A stretch of DNA of 64,000 nt from Candidatus Liptonbacteria bacterium (GCA_016212635.1 JACRFR010000018.1:4080-68079), one strand, 5' to 3'. Numbered from the stretch's first letter, positions 44,312-54,355 are shown. Notes: generated by a model not told the origin, from the letters alone. A program made the numbers and translations.

Positions 44312-46084
44312 TTACTTGCCCTCCCCGGCCTCTTCTAAGAGTTGTTTGGGGTCAGTGGTAATAATCTTACCTTCAAAGTAGGAAGGAATGATCTGGATTG
44401 CCACATGCCGCTGGCCGGCGATGAACAAACCAGTGCCCACCTCCGCGGTCAACAACAGATCTTTTTCCGCTTGGGTTAGATTAAAGGCCTTACCTACCAC
44501 ATCAATGGTGGCCGGGGCTTGTTTCAGGAGTAATTGAACTGAAGAGTTGGTGATGACCGGCCGGCCATATGGGGAGCGCAGGAAATCCTCCACGTCCTGG
44601 GTGATGGTAGTGGTACCCAAGTAGTACTTGCGGCAGCGTTTGACCAGGCCGAACAAGAAGGCGGCACTGGTTTCATCTTTCATCATCCACCAAGCCTCAT
44701 CCACGATCAAGATCCGCCGCTTAAGATGGGCGCGGATCAGATTCCAAATAAAGTTTAAAATAAGATACATGGCGATCGGGCGCAGTCCGTCTTCCAGGTC
44801 CCGGATCGAAAAGACAATCAATCGATTCTTAAGATCAATGTTGCTGGCTTGATTCAGGAAGCCGGAGAAGCTGCCCTTGGTGAACTTATAAAGCCGCTCG
44901 GCCATGCCCCGGCCGCCCTCTAGGTTGCGCAACACCGTTTCCAGATCCTCCAATAGGGGCGGCTGGGCCTCCGAGAAGTCTTCCCCGATCACGATCTCGC
45001 GCGAGGCGTATGTTTCCGTGATGGCTCGGTCCAGAATGGCATCTTCCTCGGTAGAAACTTCGCCCAAGAGAAGCTTGATCAAACCGGCAATATTTACAAT
45101 ATGCGAACGCAAAACATCCGAGGCAGTCTCTCCGTCGGGGATAATAGGCAGATCGAAAGGGTTAATGTGCTCTTCGGAGGATAGGGAAATGTTGAAGAAG
45201 CTCCCGCCGAACGCCTCGGCTAAGCGTTGGTACTCGTTCTCTGGGTCGATGACAATAACCTCCGTGCCCAACATTAAAGAACGGATAATTTCCAACTTAG
45301 TGGCGTAGGATTTGCCGCTGCCCGCCTTAGCGAAGACCACCTGATTCGCGTTTTCCATGGAGAACCGGTCGAAGATGACCAAACTGTTATTGTGACGATT
45401 GATGCCGTACATCACCCCATCTTCGGAGGTTATATCTTCGGAAACAAAAGGAAAAAAGGACGACACCGGACCCGAATTCATGGGGGTCATGACCAGGAGA
45501 TGATCCTGCCGCAAAGGCAGAACCGACTGATAGCCTTGCAGTTGCTGGAACAGAGCGGGCTTGGCGAAGACCAATTTAGCTTCCAAGATCGAGGTCAGCC
45601 GACTTTCGATCCGAGTCAGTGCGTCCAAGTTATCCGCGTAAATAGTCAGGTACACCGCCACACTAAACAATCTTTCCTGGCCCTGCATCAGCCCGTCGCG
45701 CAGATTCTCAATGTCTTGCATCGCGGTCTCCAGCATGGGATCGCGGACCAACCCTTTTTCTTCCCGATCCGCGATTTGGGACTGTACTTGGGTGACTTTC
45801 TTGCGCAAATTTTTCAAGGCGTTACCGGTGTCCAAGGGCTCGGTGTAGATCGCGATATCCATCAATTCCGGCAGGTTGATAATCGGCTCGAACCAACCCG
45901 TGGACAGGAAGCGCGGGTAGGAAAAGAAGAAGAAGGACTTGGCGAGCTTATCCCCGATCTTGAGGTAGTTAGATTGCACCTCCAGGCCCGGTGGAGCGAT
46001 AACCTTTTTAACTTGTTGGAAATTGTCGGGCATGTTAGGAGTGTGAGACGCGGCGCCGTCTAAGCTAGAATTCGATGGTGCCAT
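44312..46084 (-). CDS. VirB4/TrbE/TraC-family type IV secretion ATPase (C-terminal AAA_10-like domain).
   Basis: VFAKAGSGKSY Walker A and ILIVDEAWWMMKD (the DEAW Walker B diagnostic of VirB4), then the conserved RK...TQ...D region. Confidence 0.8.
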   Translation of the reverse strand: MAPSNSSLDGAASHTPNMPDNFQQVKKVIAPPGLEVQSNYLKIGDKLAKSFFFFSYPRFLSTGWFEPIINLPELMDIAIYTEPLDTGNALKNLRKKVTQVQSQIADREEKGLVRDPMLETAMQDIENLRDGLMQGQERLFSVAVYLTIYADNLDALTRIESRLTSILEAKLVFAKPALFQQLQGYQSVLPLRQDHLLVMTPMNSGPVSSFFPFVSEDITSEDGVMYGINRHNNSLVIFDRFSMENANQVVFAKAGSGKSYATKLEIIRSLMLGTEVIVIDPENEYQRLAEAFGGSFFNISLSSEEHINPFDLPIIPDGETASDVLRSHIVNIAGLIKLLLGEVSTEEDAILDRAITETYASREIVIGEDFSEAQPPLLEDLETVLRNLEGGRGMAERLYKFTKGSFSGFLNQASNIDLKNRLIVFSIRDLEDGLRPIAMYLILNFIWNLIRAHLKRRILIVDEAWWMMKDETSAAFLFGLVKRCRKYYLGTTTITQDVEDFLRSPYGRPVITNSSVQLLLKQAPATIDVVGKAFNLTQAEKDLLLTAEVGTGLFIAGQRHVAIQIIPSYFEGKIITTDPKQLLEEAGEGK

Positions 46085-46087
46085 GGC

Positions 46088-46118
46088 GAGTTATTAATCA
46101 TTGATTATTAATCATTGA
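46088..46118. promoter_or_regulatory. Second copy of the TGATTA-N-TAATCA tandem palindrome, in the 34-nt gap directly upstream of the VirB4-like start.
   Basis: TTATTAATCATTGATTATTAATCATTGAT shares the 20-nt core with 9181-9212. Confidence 0.45.
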
Positions 46119-46802
46119 TCATTTCTGACCGGCCGCCTCCAAAGTTTCCACGCCCGGAACTCGTACCCCTTCCTTCTCGATAGTTTCGGGGTTATAGAAG
46201 TTATAAAACAATTCCACCAATTGTTCGTTGCCTAGCAGTTTAACTTCCAGCCCGACCGCCCGCAGGCCTTCCATTACTTGTTCTACTCGCTGTCCCAGCT
46301 GGGTCAGGTTTTTTTGGAACTCGGCTTCGTCCGCCGCGCTAGTTTGGGCCGCGGCCGCGCTCGTATCTTTGGACTTGAGAAAAGGTAAAAATTTACCCGC
46401 ACTCTCGCGGCTGGGCAGGGTTACGGTGTCGTAGGGAACAACCACCAAAAAAAGCTTCCGCATAATCGGGTTGTCGTGGACAAAACCCCGGATGAACGAC
46501 TGGTACTCCAGCATTTGGTTCTGCAGTAAACTGGATGGCTCGTCCACCCGGCGCTTCTCTAGTTTGGTCAGATACTTCTCGATATTGATCTTGCGCGAAT
46601 GGATCACGGTTTGAACGGTAAAATCCAATCCATTTAGAAATTCCTGGTAGCTCTGGGTAATTACGTTCTGTTCCACCTCGGATTTCAGGGCGAAATTCAT
46701 TCCCCCCACCAGCAAAATTTGCCGCAGGCCGCCGGACAAGATAATGGTGTTATCCCGGATCTCCTCGATCATTACTAGGTTTTGAGTGTTGGCTTCGGCC
46801 AT
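46119..46802 (-). CDS. Hypothetical protein (227 aa), possibly the detached N-terminal domain of the VirB4-like ATPase.
   Basis: It sits immediately upstream of, and co-directional with, the 590-aa VirB4-like gene. The combined length is about 817 aa, close to a full-length VirB4. Confidence 0.4.
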   Translation of the reverse strand: MAEANTQNLVMIEEIRDNTIILSGGLRQILLVGGMNFALKSEVEQNVITQSYQEFLNGLDFTVQTVIHSRKINIEKYLTKLEKRRVDEPSSLLQNQMLEYQSFIRGFVHDNPIMRKLFLVVVPYDTVTLPSRESAGKFLPFLKSKDTSAAAAQTSAADEAEFQKNLTQLGQRVEQVMEGLRAVGLEVKLLGNEQLVELFYNFYNPETIEKEGVRVPGVETLEAAGQK

Positions 46803-46867
46803 TGTTTTAAGTATACCTTGAATTACGAAATTCTGTACTTACACCCTTTGGGTTATTCACGTCCCCA

Positions 46868-46946
46868 TCTGTCATTCCCGCGCAGGCGGGAATCCAGGCC
46901 CCAGGGCAAGTTGCATACTGGATCCCCGCATTCGCGAGGATGACAG
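46868..46946. repeat. Imperfect 29-bp-arm inverted repeat related to the MITE interior (CTGTCATTCCCGCGCAGGCGGGAATCCAG ... CTGGATCCCCGCATTCGCGAGGATGACAG).
   Basis: It shares the GTCATTCC-G/CGC-GGGAATCCAGG core with the 19.8-kb and 60.6-kb elements but lacks their terminal inverted repeats. Confidence 0.5.
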
Positions 46947-46994
46947 AAAGAAGGCGAATATGTAAGTCCTAAACATAAACAAAATAAAATAAGG

Positions 46995-47516
46995 CTAGCG
47001 ATAATCGATTCGCCGGGCGGCGCGATGTTCCCCAGTGGGACGCTTAATGATCTGGAAACGCTCCCGAACCTCGGGGGTAGTATCGGTGGGGGTTTGGGGT
47101 GACTCCGGGGGCGCGCTGGGCCGGCCGGTTTGGACCTCCTGCCATATGGTCTTGAGCGCCAAACCAGCCAAGACTCGCTCCAAATCAAATCCCGGCGTCA
47201 CCGGCTTGGGCGGTTGCGAACCCTGGGGGAGCGCCTTTTCGGTGGATTGCCAGATATATCTTTGCGGCTCCCAAAAAAAACTGAAGGCCGCGGCGATGAT
47301 CTTGGGCAACGACTGGCCGTTGATGGTGATAAAACCCAAGCCCAAGCTTATTCCCACCACAGCTATCGAGCACAGCGCCCAGAGCCAAGTTTGAACCGTA
47401 AAGTAAAAAACAAAACTAACTACGCCGCTCCCGGCCAGGTATAAAAATTGGCGGATGGTGAAGGGTCCCGCTATCTTATCCTCAACCTCGATGAATTGGG
47501 GAACTTGGTATTGCAT
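46995..47516 (-). CDS. Small membrane protein (two transmembrane helices), possibly a VirB3/PrgI-like component.
   Basis: FIEVEDKIAGPFTIRQFLYLAGSGVVSFVFYF. The call is from position and topology only. Confidence 0.35.
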   Translation of the reverse strand: MQYQVPQFIEVEDKIAGPFTIRQFLYLAGSGVVSFVFYFTVQTWLWALCSIAVVGISLGLGFITINGQSLPKIIAAAFSFFWEPQRYIWQSTEKALPQGSQPPKPVTPGFDLERVLAGLALKTIWQEVQTGRPSAPPESPQTPTDTTPEVRERFQIIKRPTGEHRAARRIDYR

Positions 47517-47602
47517 AAAAACCTATATGTCCTATCTGACCTATCGGGCCCGTGAGTCTTGTATCGGTTCCAATTAACGTACACCCGGAAGAGTTGCATC
47601 CG

Positions 47603-47637
47603 AGGTCGGGCCTTAGGGAGCCCCAAGGCCCGACCTC
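47603..47637. repeat. Family-1 palindromic repeat.
   Basis: GAGGTCGGGCCTTAGGGAGCCCCAAGGCCCGACCTC with the conserved upstream CCCGGAAGAGTTGCATCC. Confidence 0.7.
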
Positions 47638-47757
47638 AATGAATCCGCCAAGTCATCCGACCTGGCGTCCGGTCGAATAACCGGACGGGGCGTACCCTAT
47701 TCGCATCGATTCGCGAGTGGTGATTAATTGGAGACAGTACAACATAACCCGCGCGAC

Positions 47758-49137
47758 CTAAACCTTCGGCGCGGGCGGCTCTTCGGAATAATTAACAACC
47801 TTGGGCGGGGGCGCGAGTTTCTTTTCTAAAGACGAGGGGGTCGGGGCAGGCTTTGACAACTTCTGCCACCAGCCGGACTTGTCGGGCGCCGCGGGAATAG
47901 TGGAAGGCAAGATGGAGCCGAACTTAACCGTCGGCTGGGACAGGTCTATGGTGGCCGGGGTAGGGGCGGACACAAACTCCTCTTTCTTGAAAGGCGCAGT
48001 GGCGGGCGTTGGCGCCGGAACCGAGGCGGCAGGCCTCTCCAGAGAACTCGCCGGGGGCGTTAAGCCCCGTGTTCGCATAGGGGTATTCTCTAACGGGGTA
48101 AATAACTCGCCCTTGTCTTTGCCGAGCGGTGGTAGGGGCGGCACTGGCGGCGCCCCGGGCTTCGTGGGCGCGGGCACACCGATCTCGATACGAGCAGTGG
48201 AGGGCGGCGCCTTAGGTGTGCTAGCGGGGCCTCGAAGCAGGTCGGTTTCACCAGAAGGAGAAAGGCCGGGGGTAGTAGTGCTCGAGGTTTGCTTCGGCAT
48301 CTGGACGGGGCGCATCTTTTCCTCCTGCCGGAGTACGATTGGTTGAGGTGTGATGGTTTCTGGTTTTTTTGGTTCGACTCGGCTTCCGCCGGAGGCGCCT
48401 GCCCGCCCGAAGCCGGGTGCAGGCGGGGATCCTCCTTCGGAGGACACCACGGGCGGTTTGATCGGATCCATCATGGGCGGTGCCGATATTGGTTGTTTGG
48501 GAACTATCGGGGTGGGAACGGCGGGGGGCAAGACTGCGCCTCGAGTAATATCAGGTCGTATCGGCGGGGGTAGAGGCGCGGGCACTCCGGGGAATTTCCC
48601 AGCCTGCAGATTTACGGCTGGTAAATCCCCCGGACTTCCCGATGTTTCCGGGCGATGCCGAGTCGTACCCATGGGCGTAACCGGCGGCAGAGCCGCCGGC
48701 GCGGGTCGGGTTATTTCCTCAATCCGAGCGAGCGGGGTGGTGGCGGGAGCGGACAGGGTTACCACTGGCTGGGCGGGGGCTGTAGCGGGTGTTTCTACCG
48801 ACGGGAGCTGGTATATTTTTTCCAGATCCGCCCGGTACTTGGAAAAAATCTCCCGGTCCAAATCGGTCGCCATCTTTGCCACTTCTAGAGATCCCAGGGT
48901 TAATAAAACATCCAGCTGTTCGCTCAACTCGGCCGGCTTAAGGAATCCCAGCAAAACCAAACCGGACAACTGCTGAACCAGTAGTACGTCATTGCCGTCG
49001 GCCAAGCCCTGCCGCAAGCAAATTTGGGCAACAGCTTGCAAAAGTTCTGTCGAACTGGCGGCATCCTGGATCGATTTCGGCAGGGAGTCGAACCGTTCCG
49101 CAACTTGTTGAGGAGTAATTTGATCAATATCAGTCAT
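47758..49137 (-). CDS. Proline-rich hypothetical protein.
   Basis: 459 aa with long low-complexity Pro/Ala/Thr tracts. Confidence 0.45.
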   Translation of the reverse strand: MTDIDQITPQQVAERFDSLPKSIQDAASSTELLQAVAQICLRQGLADGNDVLLVQQLSGLVLLGFLKPAELSEQLDVLLTLGSLEVAKMATDLDREIFSKYRADLEKIYQLPSVETPATAPAQPVVTLSAPATTPLARIEEITRPAPAALPPVTPMGTTRHRPETSGSPGDLPAVNLQAGKFPGVPAPLPPPIRPDITRGAVLPPAVPTPIVPKQPISAPPMMDPIKPPVVSSEGGSPPAPGFGRAGASGGSRVEPKKPETITPQPIVLRQEEKMRPVQMPKQTSSTTTPGLSPSGETDLLRGPASTPKAPPSTARIEIGVPAPTKPGAPPVPPLPPLGKDKGELFTPLENTPMRTRGLTPPASSLERPAASVPAPTPATAPFKKEEFVSAPTPATIDLSQPTVKFGSILPSTIPAAPDKSGWWQKLSKPAPTPSSLEKKLAPPPKVVNYSEEPPAPKV

Positions 49138-49148
49138 AGTGGTTTATT

Positions 49149-51815
49149 TTATGCGGTTGCGGCTAGCTCCTGTGGGCTTAGCGTGCCAGTAGTATAGAAG
49201 TTATCCTTCCGGCGCTCTTTCCACGCCGCGAACTCCGCCTGGTTTGGTCTAGGCGCCCGAGCCCGACCAAATTCACAGCTCCGGTTGGCACAGTAGACGG
49301 GTCGCTTGGGGCTGTAGGTTTCTTGGGGGCATTTCTGACAGCGCCAGATCTTCGGGGTGGTGGAATACTGTTGGTAACTTAACGCTCCCGTGACCGCCGC
49401 CCCCACAATGCCCTTGGTCAAGCCCCAGGCGGTTCTGGCCGCGCCCTTGGCTAGAACACCGCCGGCCGCCGCCGCACCGGCAGCCACTCCCGCTACGCCG
49501 GCAGTCAAACGAGCGGCTCTTTGCTTGGATTTACTCTCACTATTGTACCATCCCTCTGTCCAGCCAGCTACCCGATCGCGGGCCGCCCGATGGGCTTCCA
49601 CCGGATGAGAGCCAAGGTAGGCCACTCGACCGAGACCACTCCCGACCGCGACTGCTCGACCGCGACCACTTACCGCCGCCAGTTCTTCTCTGGTTTTGGC
49701 CAAACGAGCGGCCGCCAGCGCGTCCGCCGCGCGTTGCTCCTGGCGTTGTTTCACTTCCGCCTTTTCGCGAAGCAGCCGCGCTTCGGCCGCGGCGAGTGTC
49801 GCTTGGACACGCGCCACCTCTGCCTCGGCTCTCTGTAGGCGCCCCGCTTTCTGTTCCGCGCCGCCGAATCCAATACTCTTCTCTCCTCTTATCCGATCAC
49901 GCTTCGCGGCCGCCGCCTCCAGAGCGCTTTTCGCCGCACGCGCGCCCTTCATGGCTTCTTGGATCTCGGGGCTAATTGCCGCTTCTTCGGGTTCGGCAAC
50001 TGCCGGCGGTGTCCCGGCCGGAACCCCTTCCGCAAATCCGCGCTGGAATGGAGACGCTGATGTCTCCCCTCCCAGTCCCACCGGGGCCGTGCCCATTACC
50101 TGGGGCTGGCTGGCGGGGGCGTGTGCGGCTGGCTGTAGCTGCGGCAGGGATTCGGCGGCGATCCGAACGGGCTGGGCCGGGGCAATGGGAATCACTTTGG
50201 GTCGGGCGGCCGCTCCCGCCGGAGAAGCAGAAGGCGGCGGTGGGGAAGATGGTTGGGCGGCGGCCGCGGCGGGAGGCGGTTGGTCCTCTGGTTTTGGTCC
50301 GGCGGCAGGCACGGCTTCCACCCGGGCCTTTTGAGCCGCCATCGCCGCCTCGGTTTTGGTCCCGCCGCGAGCAGCAGTTTGAACTGCGGTGACTGCGGGC
50401 AAAGTAGTTAACCGTTGTTTAACTCTGGCGGCTTGAGCCGTGGCCTTGCCCCAATACTCCTTACCCTTGTCCGCCACTCCTTTTTTGGCCCAACTCTGCA
50501 CTCCGCGCCGCGCTCCTTGCACTGCCGCCACTGCACCCTGGGAGCCGTAAACACCCACTTTTTGGGCCGCGAATATCCCGGCGGCTATGATTGCCAGCGA
50601 AACTATCATTTGGAGGAAAAAGGAAGCGGTTGTAGCCAGCGCGCCCAGTGCTCCGGCCAACCCCGCCGCCGCCCCGGCCGGAGCCCAAATATTAGTGGTC
50701 GCGAGAGCCTCGATGACCTTAATGCCGAGCCAAAGGAAGAAGACGCACAGCGGCGCGAAGAAAGAGTACTTTAAGAACTTACTCCACCACTCCCCCCACT
50801 GGCTCCGGAACATGGGCAAAATGAAGCCGATCATGGCCAGCGGGAACAAGACCAGCAAGATGCCCAGGGCAACGTAACGGATTAAGAACAAGCAGTTGAT
50901 CGTGGCCAAAATGACGATAATAAGCAGGGAGCCAAGTATCGAGAAAACCAGCGATCCGGTGGATTGCAAGAGGCCAGCCACGGCGGATCCCCCTCCAGAA
51001 TCGTTTAACTCTGCGCCAACTGCGGTCGCGTTAGTAGTTCCCATCTGCTCGTCCGACAGGCTGGTAAGGTTCGCTTTCTGCGGCTGGAAAGATCCCGAGA
51101 GAGCCATCGCGAAGTTGTGAAAACTATTGCCCCCGGCCGGACTGATCTGATTTATAAAGTAAGACGCCAGAGTATCGTTGAACTTGATGATCTGTCCGGT
51201 CAAGGGCAGGCCGAAATTAACCAAGAGTATCGCCGCGAGAAACTTGGGCAGGAGCGCCTTGGCGCCATAGGGCGTGTACCGGACAATGGTCGCGATCGCG
51301 ATCATCACTAAAGCGATCAAAGAGAAGACATTGAACAGGGCGGAGGACATCTTGTAACCAAGCTGGACCACTGGTCCGTTAACTATGTCCGTGTTAAGTT
51401 CCAGAACAATGCCCAAAAGCCACGCCTGGAGGGAGACGATTATCCCGGCAATGAAACTAATGAAGTAGGCGGCCAAAAAGAAGATCTTGCCGATCACCCC
51501 GAAGGCCAGGTTGAACATATTGCCGAAAGTTTTATCCCAAGCCCAAGAAAAAATATTATTGGCAGTTTTGGCATTCTTTTCCACAATTGCTTTTTCGCAG
51601 TTTGCCCGCTGTTCCGGCGTGGTGGTGGCGCCCTGCGCCGGTATGCAACGTAAACTGGCGAAGGTCTCTACGCTCCCGTAGGCCAGGGCGATATTACCGC
51701 CGAAGTTCTTTTGCGCCGCCCCGAAAGGAACGGGCGACAAAACCACCCACAGCCCTACGGTTGTCGCGACAGCTATCAAAACTGATCGGGGAATATCTAA
51801 TCGCTTCATATTCAT
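49149..51815 (-). CDS. Polytopic membrane protein, VirB6/TrbL-like, with a long Ala/Pro-rich coiled-coil C-terminal extension.
   Basis: At least 8 hydrophobic helices in the first ~450 aa, then QPPPAAAAAQPSSPPPP and a charged coiled coil. It lies next to the VirB4-like gene. Confidence 0.5.
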   Translation of the reverse strand: MNMKRLDIPRSVLIAVATTVGLWVVLSPVPFGAAQKNFGGNIALAYGSVETFASLRCIPAQGATTTPEQRANCEKAIVEKNAKTANNIFSWAWDKTFGNMFNLAFGVIGKIFFLAAYFISFIAGIIVSLQAWLLGIVLELNTDIVNGPVVQLGYKMSSALFNVFSLIALVMIAIATIVRYTPYGAKALLPKFLAAILLVNFGLPLTGQIIKFNDTLASYFINQISPAGGNSFHNFAMALSGSFQPQKANLTSLSDEQMGTTNATAVGAELNDSGGGSAVAGLLQSTGSLVFSILGSLLIIVILATINCLFLIRYVALGILLVLFPLAMIGFILPMFRSQWGEWWSKFLKYSFFAPLCVFFLWLGIKVIEALATTNIWAPAGAAAGLAGALGALATTASFFLQMIVSLAIIAAGIFAAQKVGVYGSQGAVAAVQGARRGVQSWAKKGVADKGKEYWGKATAQAARVKQRLTTLPAVTAVQTAARGGTKTEAAMAAQKARVEAVPAAGPKPEDQPPPAAAAAQPSSPPPPSASPAGAAARPKVIPIAPAQPVRIAAESLPQLQPAAHAPASQPQVMGTAPVGLGGETSASPFQRGFAEGVPAGTPPAVAEPEEAAISPEIQEAMKGARAAKSALEAAAAKRDRIRGEKSIGFGGAEQKAGRLQRAEAEVARVQATLAAAEARLLREKAEVKQRQEQRAADALAAARLAKTREELAAVSGRGRAVAVGSGLGRVAYLGSHPVEAHRAARDRVAGWTEGWYNSESKSKQRAARLTAGVAGVAAGAAAAGGVLAKGAARTAWGLTKGIVGAAVTGALSYQQYSTTPKIWRCQKCPQETYSPKRPVYCANRSCEFGRARAPRPNQAEFAAWKERRKDNFYTTGTLSPQELAATA

Positions 51816-54355
51816 TACGGCGCGGGCAGGGTTTGGTTGCAGCTCGGCGGGCCGCTGGTGACAATAGGCGCTCCGGTCAAAGGATCGGTCTGGGTGATCG
51901 GGGCGGGCGCTAGGTTGGCGGCGATGGCCGCGTTCAGGTTTCGGAGGCGCTCCAAGCGGTTTTTGGATTCTGTCTCCAGGCCGGCGATGTACTCCGCGCT
52001 CCGTTCGCGGGCGGCGTTCATCCAGTCCACTACTGCCTGGATCTGGGTTGTGCTGGCGGCTTGATTCAACTCGTCGCGCTTGGCGCTGAACTCGGTGGAG
52101 TTGCGCAAGACGTTATCCAGCTCCACCTGCACGTTCCCGCCCAAACTTTGCAGCATCTGGATCTTGCCCTCACTGCCGGTGATCGCGCCGTTCGCGTCTT
52201 GGTTGGGGCACTTGTTCTTAAGATCGTTCAAGGCGGCCACCGCGGAGCTCGCGGAATCCAGCCAGTCATTATCGTTTCTGGCGGTGTCGGATAGTTTAGT
52301 GAGCAACTCGTTCATACTCTGCACTATTGCTTCCTTACCGCTGGGAATGGGGGGCGGATTGCTGGCGCGATCCACATTACTGTTCATCTGGCGGCAATCC
52401 TCTAACTCTTGGGGATCGACGATGCCGTCGCACGCATTAGGTGTCGGCCCGCCACCCCCAGGAGAAGCGCCCACCCGGTCCGCCGCGGTCGCGCCCTGGA
52501 ACATTCCGCGCATACCCTTGACGCCTGCCGCCATGAGCTTATTTAATCCCGAGTTGACCAAGGCGGAAACGAGCGCGGTAAAATCTTCCGCGTTCACGAT
52601 GCGGTGCACGGGCGAGCCGATGGCGCTATCCATCGCTCCGGCGATGGTTTTGCCCGGAGTGGTGGCTTCGTAACCATTCGGGTCGCAGTAGGTGAACCAG
52701 CACTGGTAATCTTCTTCTCCGGGCGTTCCTTCGCACTTATCCATTCGGACAAACCCCTCCTTTTGCTTGTTCGCATTGACTAGAATCTGGGCCCGGGCAG
52801 GGGTAGTGCCGCCGGCTTCGTAGATATTTACCGGCTCGGTAGTTGAGTCCACACACTCCTTGGTCGACAAGAATCCTTGGCCGGCGCTCGCATCCTTGGA
52901 AGCCGAGTCTTTACCTTGATCCACTTGAGCCTGAACCCGGTCGCTGACCTCGATCATCGCTCCGAAGATATTATTGGACGGCTTCAGGGATTCCCCGTAA
53001 GCGACAAAACCGCCGCTCTCGAAGCTGTCATAAAATTGGTCTACGTTCTGAACGACTCGGTCCAGGGTGCAACCGGGCGGGGTATCGTAAGCGGCTTGCT
53101 GTTCGATTTTGGCGATCTGCAGCAGGGGCACCAAGCCGGTACAAAAATTAGGCATGATCTCTTCGATCGCTTGGCCCACCTGGCGGTTCGCCTCGTCTTT
53201 CAAAAAGCCGGTGAAGTTGGTGACAAACTTAGGCTTGCCTTCCCCTTGGACCCACTTGATGGTTTGCATGACTAAGCGGTGAACCAGCTGGTCTTTGAGC
53301 GTCTCGGTGGCCAAGGTCTTGATGTAAGTCTTGATGTCTTTGAGCAAGTCGTGGATAAATTTTTTGATGTCCGTCACGATCCACTGCGCGTGTGCGGTCG
53401 GCAGGCCGAAGAGCCGCGCGGACATCGTGCGGAGGGTCGAGTGGTCGGAGCGCGACGCGGCGCGTTCAATCGCGGCCGCCCGGTCCAACTCGCGGCGGTA
53501 CTCTTCCAGGGCCAGCGTAACGGTCGGGTCGTTGGCTTGCATCACCAAGTTCATCCGCAAAGGGTCGTTCACCTCATCGGTCAAAGCAACCATGTCGCGC
53601 GCGTAGACCAGGAGCGCGATCAAGCTCCGGTGATAGTTCGCGAGCGGCTCCGGCACCTCCGATCGAAGGGTTTGCTGGAGAGCCCGGTCTAAATAGGGCG
53701 CCGCAAAACCGATCGGTTGCTTGGCTTGGGTTAGGCTCGCCAGCTCATTCAAATTGGTTTGGACGAGGTTTTTGTCCAAAATTCGCTCGATGGCAGCGGA
53801 GTAGATGCGGACATCCCCCGGGCCGTATGTTTTTTTTGTTTTAATTTGGGCGACCAAAGTTTTGGCTTCGACCGACCAGTCGGGCAGAGTGATATTTTGG
53901 CTTAGGGCGCGAGCCGCCACCCCAGTAGCCGCGTTATCGAAATCCGGAGGCACCAGGCCCACTTGGCCATCCGGCTGGGTAACCAGTCCACCGGGGTTGG
54001 CCACCGCTATTTCCTGAACCAGATTTGCGGCGAGCGCGTCGGTTAAGTTAGTAGAGGTGGCCGGGAGAAGGGAGTCCGCGATGGAAGCGGCGGTAGAAGT
54101 GGCAGGCAAGGAGAAAAGCAGCGGGTCCGGGATCGGCTCCACGAACGCATTCCGGGGCGTGTCAGTTGGAACCGAAGACGCGGGCAGGACGGCCGCGGGT
54201 TTAGCGGGCGCGGGGCGCTGGTAGATGGCGGCCATAAGGTAAGTGGACCCTCCCACCAGCGTGGCGAGCACCAAAAACCCGACGACCAGAGTTTTGAAAT
54301 CGCGGGGAGCCATTTGCTCCTTTATTATAGAGAATACTTGCGGCCAAAGGAACAA
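51815..54355 (-). CDS. Large secreted/signal-anchored hypothetical protein (846 aa).
   Basis: N-terminal transmembrane/signal segment. It is the first gene of the co-directional cluster. Confidence 0.5.
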   Translation of the reverse strand: MFLWPQVFSIIKEQMAPRDFKTLVVGFLVLATLVGGSTYLMAAIYQRPAPAKPAAVLPASSVPTDTPRNAFVEPIPDPLLFSLPATSTAASIADSLLPATSTNLTDALAANLVQEIAVANPGGLVTQPDGQVGLVPPDFDNAATGVAARALSQNITLPDWSVEAKTLVAQIKTKKTYGPGDVRIYSAAIERILDKNLVQTNLNELASLTQAKQPIGFAAPYLDRALQQTLRSEVPEPLANYHRSLIALLVYARDMVALTDEVNDPLRMNLVMQANDPTVTLALEEYRRELDRAAAIERAASRSDHSTLRTMSARLFGLPTAHAQWIVTDIKKFIHDLLKDIKTYIKTLATETLKDQLVHRLVMQTIKWVQGEGKPKFVTNFTGFLKDEANRQVGQAIEEIMPNFCTGLVPLLQIAKIEQQAAYDTPPGCTLDRVVQNVDQFYDSFESGGFVAYGESLKPSNNIFGAMIEVSDRVQAQVDQGKDSASKDASAGQGFLSTKECVDSTTEPVNIYEAGGTTPARAQILVNANKQKEGFVRMDKCEGTPGEEDYQCWFTYCDPNGYEATTPGKTIAGAMDSAIGSPVHRIVNAEDFTALVSALVNSGLNKLMAAGVKGMRGMFQGATAADRVGASPGGGGPTPNACDGIVDPQELEDCRQMNSNVDRASNPPPIPSGKEAIVQSMNELLTKLSDTARNDNDWLDSASSAVAALNDLKNKCPNQDANGAITGSEGKIQMLQSLGGNVQVELDNVLRNSTEFSAKRDELNQAASTTQIQAVVDWMNAARERSAEYIAGLETESKNRLERLRNLNAAIAANLAPAPITQTDPLTGAPIVTSGPPSCNQTLPAP

